A DNA stretch of 64,000 bases from the NCBI RefSeq assembly GCF_022539665.2, contig NC_081331.1, forward strand, positions 1,426,001 through 1,490,000, read 5' to 3'. Both the position numbers and the translations under genes were made by a program. Below, piece after piece: positions 13,601 through 26,100 of this stretch; positions within the stretch are counted from its first letter, which is position 1; every line of letters begins with the position of its first letter. This DNA comes from Daphnia carinata (lineage: Eukaryota). The notes under the pieces are model-generated. The model ran no database searches. It saw nothing but the letters and a program-made list of their open reading frames with translations, and was not told where the DNA came from.

Positions 13601-16600
13601 CAGTAAAATTATGTATTCAAGGAGCTAGGCACGAAATACAATTGTATGCACATCAAAAAGGAATGCAAGAGAGAAAGTGAAAAATGAAGAATCAATGCCA
13701 GGGTTATTATGGCCCATTTTTTTTTTCGGTTTACGCCACAAACGAAAAGAAGCTATTCCTGTCATCATTTCTTTTTTTTTTTTAGAGATAGTTTTGAACG
13801 GGTTCGTGGTCCACCACCACCTGGCATCGGTCTGTTTATAGTACCATTCGAAACTGTGCTATAAAAACGAAATTTCTTATTATTATGGCAGGGCCATGCT
13901 AAATAGTGCCATCAAAATCCTTTTCGCCCCAATGACGTTGGGTCGTTATGTTTGCCAAACCTATGAATATACTGGGCTATACTATGAACTGAGACCATAG
14001 ACGACCGATTTCGAAAGTCACGAGAGTTAAACACGAAAGTCACGCTTAGAATGTTCCCTCCGACCGTCATTTGTAGGACACCATTCATCAAAAACTACCA
14101 ACCAAATGCGTTTTTTTTATTTATTTTGCCTGTATATAAAAAAAAAAAGGTCCTAAATTCATTGGCAAACGAAAGTGAACGACTGCTTGCTAGTTTTCGT
14201 TAAAGGCCACTTTCGTGTGCAGAATAAAAAAAAAAAAGGGACAGCGCAACTCCATCAACATTGCGAATGAGATGAGTTCAAAAATTAGAAATAAGAGTGG
14301 GAGTTTTAATATATTTTTTTTACTGTATCGCCCATGTGTGCGTTAGTGTGTGCGTAAATAATTGCTTCTCTTAGAAAAAAAAAAGAAATAGGAATTTCTA
14401 TAGACGTTCCAAACACGTATTGTATAACATTGGACTTCGTGAAAGCGCATTGGGCTGGCCGTCTCTCTCTCTCTCTCTCTCTTTTGATGTTTTTCGCTGT
14501 CGGACAGATGATGCTTCACGCTTTCTTTTTCTTACAGGCGCCGGCGCAAAACGTGTGGAATCACATTAAGACGGTGGAATGAATTCACGTGTGTGCCGTT
14601 TTTGTGTGTGTGTGTGAAACAACCAGCCACTGCCCAGCCCAGCGCGTTTACATGCATATAACAGCATCCTCATCATCATTTTCGAATAATAGTATTTTTA
14701 TTTTTTATTTTTAGGCGTCATAACCGCAATAACAGAATAGGTTGAGGCTGTCCATTTGTTTTGAACAGTGAGGGGTTAAGATTCATTTTTACCGGTAACC
14801 GCCTTCAGCCGCACGATGGCCTCGAGGCCATCAACGCTAACGTCAGTTAATCCATTTTCCCTTTTTTGAAAATTTTGCTTTGGCATTTTGGATAATCCAG
14901 GGTAAGCAGCTGACTGCTCCTGTCTGGAATGTTTAGGCGTATTATAAATACGTTCTGTACTACACTTTCTACATAACGAAGAGCGTAGTAATAGCATCAA
15001 GTTCCTTTTTCTTTTTGCATTTGCTACTCATTTTTTATTCAGCATTTTTTTTGTTGTTGTTGTTTTGTTTTGGCGTTACATCGACATCAATCACAATCAC
15101 AAGAAGAAAAACGTACTAGGGAAGGCCGCAGGTATGGAAGGGGTTTTGTACGTTACCTCATTCTTTTTTATTTCTACGTGCTTGTTCAATAGGTAATTAA
15201 TAAACACCCGGACGGGATAATTACTTCAATCTTTCATTGATTGAAAAGGTCCAAAAAATCATAAAAACATTTTTTTTTTCTTCTTGTTTGTCTGTGTGTG
15301 GGCCTCATACTGAATATTAAACGCTACACATTTCGTCAAGCAAAAAAAGAAAAAAAAATTCTAGAAAGAACAAAGAGTGTCCATAACTCTATCCAAATAA
15401 ATCCTTCCTCCTTTTTTTCAAGTTTGGAAGTGATATCGATCCGATGAAGCGCTCAGCTCTAACGTCCACTCCAACGAGGGCGAGGGGAAAAAAATAATAA
15501 TAAAACTGATTCCCCATCTACGTGTCTTTTCCCTTTTCTCTGTACGACGCTTCAGGTGCTTCTTTTGATCTCCCTGAACCTGTACGGAGTGGGGGAGATC
15601 GAAAAGCTTGTTACACACAGGGGAACTGTCTATTTTTATGACACTGCTCCGACCGTGTTAGAGGGCCACTGTTGCTATACTAGCGGAAATATGTAATATT
15701 ATTTTCCCTCCCTTCTTTTTTTTTTTTTTTCTAAACAGGAAAGTCGGCCATAATAAATGCAAGAATTCGTGTATAAATAAAGTCATCGTTCGACATCTGA
15801 AAACAAAAAATTGTTCCTATTTTCGTTTATGTTTTTCGCAGTCGTATTTATTTGCCGTCTATAAATGTGCGAACAATTTTAAGGCCACGCGTGTGTGTTC
15901 TTACAGCCCTTTTGCCATCATAAAACATCCGAGCAGGAAGAGAAAAAAAAAAAAAAAAATGCGAACAGAAACTGGTGGTGGGGGACGAATGGAGTCGATA
16001 GTCAAGTTTAACCTCGGCTGCTTATTTAATGCTTTTCCTTGTTTCGTTTCTTGTTTATGTGTCTAGCATTTGCAGTAGACATTGATACATTTTCCCATGC
16101 GTCGGGGACCACACCTGAAAAGAAGGTTAAAGCTATACGGATGTATTTCAGCCTACATAAAGGCTGAATCGTGTTTCTGCTGATATCTGCTTCACGGAAG
16201 ATAACGCAAGAAAAACAACATGATCTCTATTATTCGCTGCATTTTCATTGTCATTTTTTTTTTCAAGGCTACGCTACTCACGACCCAGCAAAAATTAAAG
16301 CCAATTTGGCTTCGTTTGGCTATTGTTTGGTCTGCTGTATTTATACAACGCGTGTCCCTGTGCTATGCCATACCTGAGACAAGACAAAAAACATTTTGTT
16401 TCGTTTCACATGTCCCTTCCTTTACCGTACACTAGCGTTCACTACGTCTGCTAAGTGTTGGAGCGTGATGTGTTCACAGGACGCCTCTGATTGGGTAAAA
16501 CAAGTAAATGGAATGGCAAACGCAAGGCTGTATGGCTAAGCGCATTCTTGCGAAGGACGAAGAACAAAAAAATGGCTCTATATATCGAATGCAAACAAGA

Positions 16601-17151
16601 GTATTTACTAAGGTTACCACACATTGCGTAATCAATGTCTTTCTTTAAAGAGTGGAGGGATTTAAACTGATCGTTTTTTGTCTCCAATCGTAAAAAGAAA
16701 AAAACGTTTCCAATTTTTTTGTTGTTTTCTACTTTTTGTTTTCCAGATTTTAATTACGAACTGACTGCAATATATAAAGTTATAAAGCTCCAGCCTTGGT
16801 GGCTATACCACCAGTCGTAAGGTATTCGGTGTCGGTGCAATTACACGCAACGAAAAAATAGTAAATCGTCATACTACACTGCCTCTGGCAAGAATATCAC
16901 ATTGCGGAACAAACAACAACACGAACGAAAAAACTCGTGAAAATAAACTATCAGGAATGCAATTACATGATTCGTTTCTTTTTTTGGTCTAAAGTTTTAA
17001 ACACAAACCCGCATTTTTTTTTTCATAGCTTTGCGGCTAAAAAAAAAAAAGAAGAGTGTAATGTAATAAACTTACCGTGTAAGGCCTTGAGATACGATTT
17101 CCCAGCGTTGATCAGTTGCCTGGCTCCTGGGTTAAATTTGTCCAAAATGTT
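1618..17151 (-). CDS. IRSp53: IRSp53/BAIAP2-family I-BAR (IMD) + SH3 adaptor; multi-exon, first coding exon not located and 3' end uncertain
   Basis: GT-AG exons in consistent phase: 17076-17151 (NILDKFNPGARQLINAGKSYLKALHG), 13486-13578 (AAAAKIYLESLSRVAKQAQQGTCGGTADIG), 5608-5669, 5062-5133 (LKAFYVDLIVPLESNIEKDTKVVQ), 4528-4668, 4147-4212, 3894-4085 (AIAQERKRYGFVLERQ), 3521-3812, 3223-3405 (VRALYAYLSSGEHQINFLEGDLILLL), 2851-2959 (GWYYGENVRTGKRGWFPLAY), 2357(or 2339)-2651, 1618-2169 (SSDSGFANEP..PPPAPEVDYSDEE). IMD and SH3 motifs recognised from family knowledge. Confidence 0.93.
12578..12597. repeat. (AC)n microsatellite
   Basis: About 10 AC units. Confidence 0.9.
13486..13578 (-). CDS. IRSp53: IRSp53 IMD exon (93 bp)
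   Basis: ttttcag|GAGCGGCA...GACATTG|gtaag; phase 1 to phase 1, joins both neighbouring exons in frame. Confidence 0.92.
14462..14481. repeat. (TC)n microsatellite
   Basis: About 10 TC units. Confidence 0.9.
17076..17151 (-). CDS. IRSp53: IRSp53 IMD exon (76 bp), isolated in large introns and absent from the ORF track
   Basis: cag|AACATTTTGGAC...CACG|gtaag; translates NILDKFNPGARQLINAGKSYLKALHG. Confidence 0.92.
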
Positions 17152-20100
17152 CTGCTCGCGCGTTGTGTGTCGTCATCGCGCGCATTAGAGCGGGGGAGAG
17201 AGAAATAGAAACAACAACAAAATATTAATGAACGAAACTATAACAAGACCGTTTTGCTGTACAATCGTTTAAAAAAAATAAAGAAACACTGACTTCGAAT
17301 AAGACAATAAGAGAGCATTTATAAAAATAAATAAAACGACCTTTGCTCACATGATACACACACACAGACCAACGAAAGAGGCCATTATACGCAAGTCACT
17401 CTTCATGATGATAATGATCCTCCAACCTTTTCTGGAAGAAAACCACCCAAACAAATGAAAAGTAAATTTACGAGTTCGCCTAGAGGTCGATCGGCTGTCT
17501 ACGTAAATCCGTAAGAAAAGACAGACATCGATTCCGTCCTCCACCGACCTTCTAACAGCCAGTTATTTACCTATTATATTCTTTAAAATTACGATTTCAA
17601 GGGAAAAAATGCGTATCTATGCTTTCCAGCATCAGTGCGAATGTAGAACTAGCTTATAACTATCGCCTCGAGAAGTTTAATTTATTTTTAAAGTTGTTTT
17701 TTACGCTTGTTAAGCGCGCCCTATAAAACCGGCGCCACCATAAGACATAGCCTATATATGCGCATAACAATGGGCAGGTAACGAACTCGGATCAACCCCG
17801 TTTAGCACGGTCGCTTTTTAGGTTTTTTTTTTTCTTTTAACATTAACGACAAAATAATAAAGAATGAATAACAGTGAGCTATAGACGTCGAATTGAAAAG
17901 AACGTCGTGTTTCTTCTGATGAACAAGTTTTTGGCTTTAGATAGGAGAGAAAGTTTTCGACTTAGTCGTTAAGTTAAAGAACAATGCTCTTCTAAAGAAA
18001 ACAAGACGTAGTGTTACAAATTCACAACCGAAAAAAACAAAACCGTACCAAACAATTTCTCTGTGCGTCGCAATTCGACAAGTGCCGACTTCACCAATGG
18101 ACGTTGACGTCGACAGCAGCAAATCGAATTTGCTTCGCACTTTGGACGTCTGCTCCAGTCTTGACTGTTACACAATAAAGGCGGGGACTTGACTAAAATT
18201 AGAACAGGCTAAGCAATAAATATATATATTTTTTTTCTTCTCTCTTTTATTATTTCAAATGGAGGGGAAGCGCCCAAAGAAAAAGTTCGCATTTCAAACA
18301 TTTTTTTTGTGTGTTGTGTTCCGTGTCCTCCTCCCTGGAGGCAAATGCTCTACTTCGGCTCATTAAGATCCGTCGACTTTTATTTTATTTTCAATTTTTT
18401 TTTTTCCTTTTCCTTATGTCTTTCCTTTACGTCGACGAGACAAAAAAATCCGTAACGCTGAAATCTTCCTGCCATGTTTTTTTTTCCTTCTTTATTATTA
18501 CTGTTCCAGGTGGAATGCGTTAGGTCTGCCAGACGTCTTGTCAGTGCCGAAGATCATTGGAACGACGACGTTCTCCTAATTTTTTTTTCCTTCCTCTCTC
18601 TCTTTCATTTTTCTGTTGTTATTTCGTTCGAGTTGCACCATCGATCGTTATCTTTTTCCAATTTAATTGTCATTAAATGCAGGTCACAAGTTGCAAAGAG
18701 CTTGGCCTGGATATCTGTGAAACAGAAATTAGCGGTGACGGCGCGGGCGTTTATTTTTGGGCCCGTAATAATGCGCTCAACCGGCGACAATAACCCGATG
18801 ACGACGCCTTGTTTCCTTTTTTTTTTTTTTTTTTTTTTTTCAATGGGAACAAGAACGAATTGTTCTGCCGAAAGACAGAGAGCCATTTTGCACCACAATC
18901 TAAAAAAGAAATGTAGAGATGGCTGGTAAACGGATGAAGACGTGAAAGAAGTCAGAAAAAAAAGACGTTTCGTTATTATTTTTAAGTATTAGACTTTCTC
19001 TTTCACACGCTGCGAGTTCGCCTGATGATCGTTCCCCGCTAGCAAAAAATTCGGTTGGTGCGCAGATGAGCACTGGAGCGAGGGCGTCGCTATAGCGGTA
19101 GCCCGTACACAACAGTTACAAGTAGAATAAAAGCTGAGAGGTCGTGGGCTTGTTCGGGTCGGAGAGTCTTCATCATCTTGTCGTCTATCGTCTATCTTTA
19201 TATATACATATACATACGCTGTTTTCCTATTATTTTTATCGTGCGGCACTGTATGTCAATCGCTTTCTCTCCTGGAACACATCAACCGTCTCTCACATTG
19301 CGCTATTGAACACAAAACGGGGACGGATATGTGCTAATGTTTCACCGCCGTAACAATCAAAAAAGAGCAAAAATGTCGGAGAAAAGATTGCACGATTGTT
19401 CTTTCACTCAATTCACTTGTCTAACCGCTTGCATTCCCGTCAACTCTCTCTGATGTTTGCAATCGAAAACAAGGCAAAGTGTTCTCTCCCCTTCTTTCAT
19501 TCGGAGGTTGGAATTTACGAAGTCAGCTGATTGTAGACAATGAGCGACAGGAACTTAAAGCGGGACACGAGACCCCGTTTCTTCATTTTTTTTTTTTTTT
19601 TTTTTGTTTCTTTTTATCGCTTTGCTTTGTTGTTTTGTGATGGGAAGAAATACATCGAGGACCGTGAGAGGGGCTTGTTAACAAGGAGAAAAGTGATGCG
19701 GTGAAGCAACGGACATTATGAATGTTTTGTCTTCGAGCACCGAGAATTTATTGGCGGCGCATTTCCTCATTTCTCTTTCTGCATCGTCGAGACAATTGAA
19801 GAATACCTCTTTCTATTTTTTTACTTTTTCACCGTTGTGCACACAAAAACACGGTTTTATTTGAAATTCCACTCAAGTACAGACCCTGTCATGTACTTAA
19901 CTTGTTTGCACACCGTCATCATCGTGCAAGGCGGCAATTATTCTTGTTTACTCGCTGTTTTAACATTCGGTGATTAGTGGCCGTTGACCAAAAATTCGAG
20001 TTTTTTTTTAGTTGGTCTTAGTTGGTCCCGTTGTTTATTGGTTTCTCGTGGGGTGGGCCGAAATACTAACAATTCTATCCGAAAAACTTTGTGTCTGTTT

Positions 20101-23100
20101 CATTAAATACCTTCAGTCATCCATCGAGAGTACAGCGCTCCTGCGTTTTTAGCTTTTAACTAAATAATGAAGAATCATAACCGTGAAACTTGCAAATCAT
20201 ATTGTTGTCTTTAACTGGTGTTTTTCTCTACTAAAAAAAAAAATTGGTAGTGGAGAAAAGTTGAACGCACCTTGTTGGTTCTTTCTCAAAATGTTTGGAA
20301 GAACATTTTTATTTAGCGGTAGTTGTTTATTGAAGTCAGCCGGCTTCTCCCTAACTTTGCCTTCCCCCTCGTCATCACCCTCCCCTCGTTTTTTTCCAGC
20401 AGCAACGTGAAGCTCATTATTCACGGATATCACCTTTGACGATGATCTTAAACTCGAGTGAACGACACTTGCCCGTCTTCTTCTGCCGAGACGGTGAAAA
20501 CGATATTTGTGCACGTTAGAACAATGGGAGGAGCCTGCCTACATTCAATACGACGGCGTTCGCATTTTATACGATGGATTCCATTTTCTCAGAGAAATCG
20601 GGGATGCAAAGATCAGTAGGTTATCTCTAGGTATGTAATCAGATTAATGCTGCATTTTGATGTTCTCTAATCGAGGTGGCTTTCATCACTCCCCAGTCGT
20701 TCTGATGTTTCTTTTTCCATCAAGTGTCGTCTCCGGTTGCCATTTTGCATTAAAAAAAAGCGCTATACACACAGATGAGAGCGAAAGTATGTGTACAGAG
20801 GTAAACCAGAGAGAGTACCCTCTTCGGTGTGTGAAAAAGAGAGAGAGAGAGAGGTAAAAAGGTAAAGAGAGAGTGAAAGAAAAATGAAAATGGCTTTTTC
20901 CATCTTCTTCCACTTGCTCAATTCTTTTCATTGAGAAGTTGAGAGAGATGTGAAGAGCGGGTCAAACTTTCCTTTTTTTCCTTCGTCGCGAGCACATCGA
21001 GGCTTGTTACCAATCAAAGGACGTGAAACAAAGAACAACAAGCGAAGGGTTTAGAGAGGGAGAAAAAAAAAAAGAGACACACAATGTAACTGTAAAAACT
21101 GTTGGCGATTAATAAAGTGGCACGGGAGAACAAGAAGAATAGAACTGCAAAAACCATAAAGCGAAAAGATCGAAAGATTTGGAACCTGCACACAAAATCT
21201 CCCGTGGATCATTAGCGCGCAATAAGTAATGTTTTCTTTAAGATTGTGAACTTCGTCACCTTCGCCAGGTGTTTGCGGTCCGTTTGAAAACCTTTTTCCT
21301 CTCCTAACTCTCTGGTGTAATATCCGATTTGTTCTGTCGTTGATCTTATCTCCCCCCTTTTTTAAAGTTTCGTATTTTGCTATTCAAAGGTTCTTGGGAA
21401 TTCTCGTTATTTATAAATCGCAGCGTCATTTGGGAATATAAGCGACAATAATTAATCTTTTGGAATTAAACTCAGGAAGGACAAGGGCGCCAGCACTCCA
21501 GTCTACCATCCACTCCATCACCTCAGAAAGTAGGATAAGTGCATTCGGGTCTTGCAGTAGCCTTAAGAACAAACTCTTGGGAAACACGACGACCGTTTGG
21601 AATTTAGCTCGGAAATGTATAAAAATAAATGATTTCCTAAGCGACGAGGTGATGTGGCGCATACACCTGCTGTTTTTATGTTTCTAAGTACTACCCCTGT
21701 GTATATGAACACACCGAGGCGTTGTATGCACGCTCACGCAACGTCGCACTCCCTAATTGTTTAATAAGAGGACTACCGTCAGGGAAGGCCCATTCTCAAC
21801 GTTGGGTATCACGTGAAAACAGAAATTGGACAGGCGTTTGCCGTGACGGTGGTTGTCTGGTGCACCCTTTTTTTTTTCTCGTTTTCACCATTGACCCTCT
21901 GTCGTTAGTTGTTTTCCTACCTTGTAACACGCGTCGACGTTCTTGGCCATCTCTTCCGGCTCCATTTTCAGCTGATTTGATGGCAGGGGCGTGTAGAAAC
22001 TCGCAGCGACGAAAGAGCTAGAAACGGTGACAGTCGTTTCTTAAAGATAGGCACACACACACACACGCGCGCAGAGCATAAGAGCGAGGTCTATAATCAG
22101 AAACGAGTGGTATGTAAAGCAGGTGTCCGGGTGAATCCAAATGTTAAACGTGAAATGAACGAAGTGTTAACGCCAGCAGCAGACACATCACTGAAAAATG
22201 TCAATGTCAAAACCTTTTGACTTCTTTGCCGGTTGATGATACAGAATGGCGCAGCGATAGACCAACTTCCCAAGTCACTGGGCAACATATACGAACCAAA
22301 AAGTTAACTAACAAGCGGCGAGGCCAGAAATTGAGTTCCAATCACGAAAAGTTGAGGGAGAGAAAACAAAAACAAGGAACGGGATCAAAAGATAGAAACG
22401 TGAGGTGGAGAAGGTGTAGCAATAGCCGGGAATAGTTGTATAGGGATAAAAGAGAGAAAGAGAGAGAGCGAGTCTCGGACTGATGGTGACGGCTAGCCGG
22501 CTGGTTCGTAACTGAAGAGGGGCCGTCAGTCGCGCCTCCTCTTTTTACGCCCAGCAGAAAAGAAAGAAAAAAAAAACCGGTCGCAGTGTGTAGAGTTTGG
22601 TTGGTGTGTCAGTGCAGAGCCAAGGCTTCAGGAAGTCCCGATAGCTCTCTCTCTCTCTCTGGCAAGCCCTCGCCCCTCCTCATCCTTGCCGACCCTATAC
22701 GATGTATATTTGCCTTTCCCGATGTCATAACGTCTCCTCTTGCCAGGCATACTTTTTGTGCGGAATTTCAAAGCTATGTGGCGATGAAAAACAAGAGACT
22801 GTTGCTAAAATATGGGCCGTATTTTACGAGTGCTTATTGCCGTTGAGCCTTCGCTGAAAATTTTTGTTCTTTGAAAACAAAAAAAATGGCACTGAAAAAA
22901 ATTGCCGATTATAAAGGCACTGCTGTAGCCTCGTTGATCCTCGACTTTTTTACTACATGTGCAATCTCAGTGGCGTGCGTGTTGAACGAATCCGCATTGA
23001 AGCAGCCCGTAAAATTGGCCTAACAGCTAATAAATCTCTGCCCATCTGAATACATTTCACTTTCTTTATTCCTACGGTATTACGGGTGATGATGCAATAC

Positions 23101-26100
23101 ATTGTAACATGCACCTGTATAGAGGCCTATAAACCGACACGTCGTAAAAAAAACAAAAAAAACACAGACAAATAATAAGTGTTTCTCACAACGCTCAGAT
23201 TTTGATCGTGTGACAATGGCTTCGGAATGACCACCGCGGTGTGGTCATTACAGTGGTATAAGCGTCTGTGAAACTTGGCCCGTTTTGTATAGCATGTGGG
23301 CAAAAAAGAAGGAGTACGATACATTTGTACGACAAAATTTCAAGGTAGTAATCATTCGTCACAATGGCCGATTTTGCCGGGCAGTGAAAACACTAGTTTG
23401 CGGGAGCGTGATAGCCGGCAGCCGCAGAGTCGCCGAGAGAAAATGTCGTGCAAATGCGTTCAATAAACATGCTTGATTGGATAGCAATAAGACAAGTCTC
23501 AATCTCTTGCATGTTTCTTTTCTTCAGAAAACAAAAGGGAGGCATGAAATCTGGTCCGTTTGATCACGACGTTCCCTTGTTTTATTGCATGTCGAAAGAA
23601 TAGAGGAAAAACAAAACACAACAGACAGATCAAAAGAAAACGGACAACATGCCGGGAGATGGAATTCAAGCTGTAAAAATGAATTCTCTTTCAGTTTCGA
23701 AAACTCAACGAACTCGTAAACACAATCCGCATTATGCACCGTATATGCATAACATCTTCCTCGTTGGCCATGACCACCTCTTTAATAGCCAACGATAACG
23801 CAGGCCTCATCTGATGAAAAAGAAACGGGGAATGAGGACAAGAGCAGAGGAAAACAGATGAAAAACGACTTGTAACAGATGCCCATTTTCACTTTTGATT
23901 GGTCTCTTAGCATTCACGGTTTCACCGCTGCACAGGTAAAAAATAAAAAACACATTCCCGTAGGTGAAACCGGAGATGGTTGTTCATGTTGTTTTCTGTG
24001 CGCCTTTTCGTTTCGATGCGAATAAGAAAACGGAAGGATACCGTACACCATAGCACCACCTTTACCTCGGCCCACTTTCGTTCGGATGATATGCACTGTG
24101 TGTTACACAGCTCAACAGCACGCCCGCGCACCATCACCGCCAGTGATTACCAACTGGCCAAAAACTGATGATGGCCCAACGTCTATAATCACGCACATAG
24201 CCAGAATTCGTTATTTAGCACATTATTACTAGTACTACTATAGCACTGCTTCAATCTGTTGTTATTATATCATTGCCTATGCATTGTGTGTTACGGTAAG
24301 TGCTGACGTCTATATACTTTTATTTATAGAAGGCAAGAAAACAAACAGAAAAGAGAGTGGGAACATGTGAAGTATTCTTCGTCGTTTTCTGTAACGTTCC
24401 CTCTCTATGTAGGCTAACAATGAGGCCTATGGCAGCGATTGTTTCATTTCGTTTCTGATGTATTCGTGACGTGGGAGAATGTGGTAAAATATGTTTCTTT
24501 TTCTCAAACTTTTTTTTTACACATATGCCACCCATTTTTACGTGTACATTTTAATCGCTATGTTTTCGCATGCATATTTGCTATTACTTTAGTATATGTA
24601 CGTAGCCTGGAACTAATTAGTTTTTGGTGTGTGTGGCTTTTCTCGTGATGAAATCTGTTCCATCATCATTCGTCAGTGAACTTCACTGACTTTCTCTCTG
24701 CATTACACTCAGGTCGTTCTCGATGAGTCTGACATCTTCTAAGAGTAGTCCCTTGTTAAAAAAAAAAGGATAACAATTAGCTGGAAGGAGACGCAAAAAA
24801 AGTGAAAATAAAACGGAGAAAGGGAACGACGACATTTTCGCGACCAGTCATTTGTCAAAAAAAAGTTCACGCACGACACAGTGATGATTGCTAGCTTTAG
24901 CTATCTGGAACAAGAGTAACGGGAAAGTGAACTAATCGATTTTCAAAACTTTTGGATTGCCGTGTGCAAACTGCAATTCTCATCCATTTCGATCCGTCTG
25001 CCGCTGTCAAATCTCGAAGCCAACCAGCTTCGGGTTTCTTTTTTTTTTTCTGATATAATTCCCAGGGTACATCATTCAATTATCCTGCATAAACGTCAGC
25101 ATATTAAAAAGGCAATAGAAGGAGATAAAAAAAAATGTATTACAAGTCGGTCGCTTTTGTACCAAGACATCAGAGCCCCTATACTTAAGAATATTCCAGG
25201 AAAAAGGAAAAACGTTTTTTAAGCTGCTTTTTGTTAGCGTGATACACAGAATGATGTTGATCATTCAATACCCGTTTATAGCAAACGACAATTTTTTCTC
25301 CACCATAATGTTTGATGAAATCAGTGTTGGTTTCCGTCATCTTTCAGCAGCAAACGAGACGTGAGACTGTGAACTTTCTCTCCTCACTCTTTGTTTCTTC
25401 CGAGCGTTCTCATCCGTCATCACTTGTGCTGGTAAGCAAAGGCAAAGCGGCTTTTTTTTGTGAAAAATGATATTCAGTTGTTTGTTTCCTTCTGTGCCCA
25501 TCTGCCCTCCTTGTGTGACTCGATGTCGTGTCTCTCCGACCATCAAAATGAGAAACGCTTTTCCCTTTTCGCTTCCTCACTTATTCTTGCAACACAGTCA
25601 TGTAGGAGTACGTAGACACGCGTGAACGGACAAAAGTAAAAACACCAAAGAGCAAAAAAAAAAGTCGATTCGTTTTTCGTGGTGGCACTCTTCTTTCAAC
25701 CTTTCGGGATCAAACGCTTTCGACGGCCAAAGCATTTGAAGAAATAGAAAGCGGACGCGGGATTTTTTTTTACATGTGATGTCGAGAGAAGAATCATTAG
25801 CCGACCTGCCTCTCACGTCATAGGCGTATCACGTCGGCAATAGATTACTCTTCGAGAATGTTACCCCAGTTTGTGCTTGCAGCATCTTTCGGTTCCCATC
25901 ATTTCGTCCGTCAAAGCCTAACGTGTTCTGTTTTTACCTAATTACGAAAATAGGGTATTCTCATCTTCATCGGGTTATCTTGATCGTCCTTGTGTGATGA
26001 AGTAAAGGCAGTGTTGGCGGATAAAAGGACCCGTTTGCCCACTCGCATGTCAGAAACAAGTCCTTCGAATCCCCATTGTAATCTCATATTCAACTGCAAT

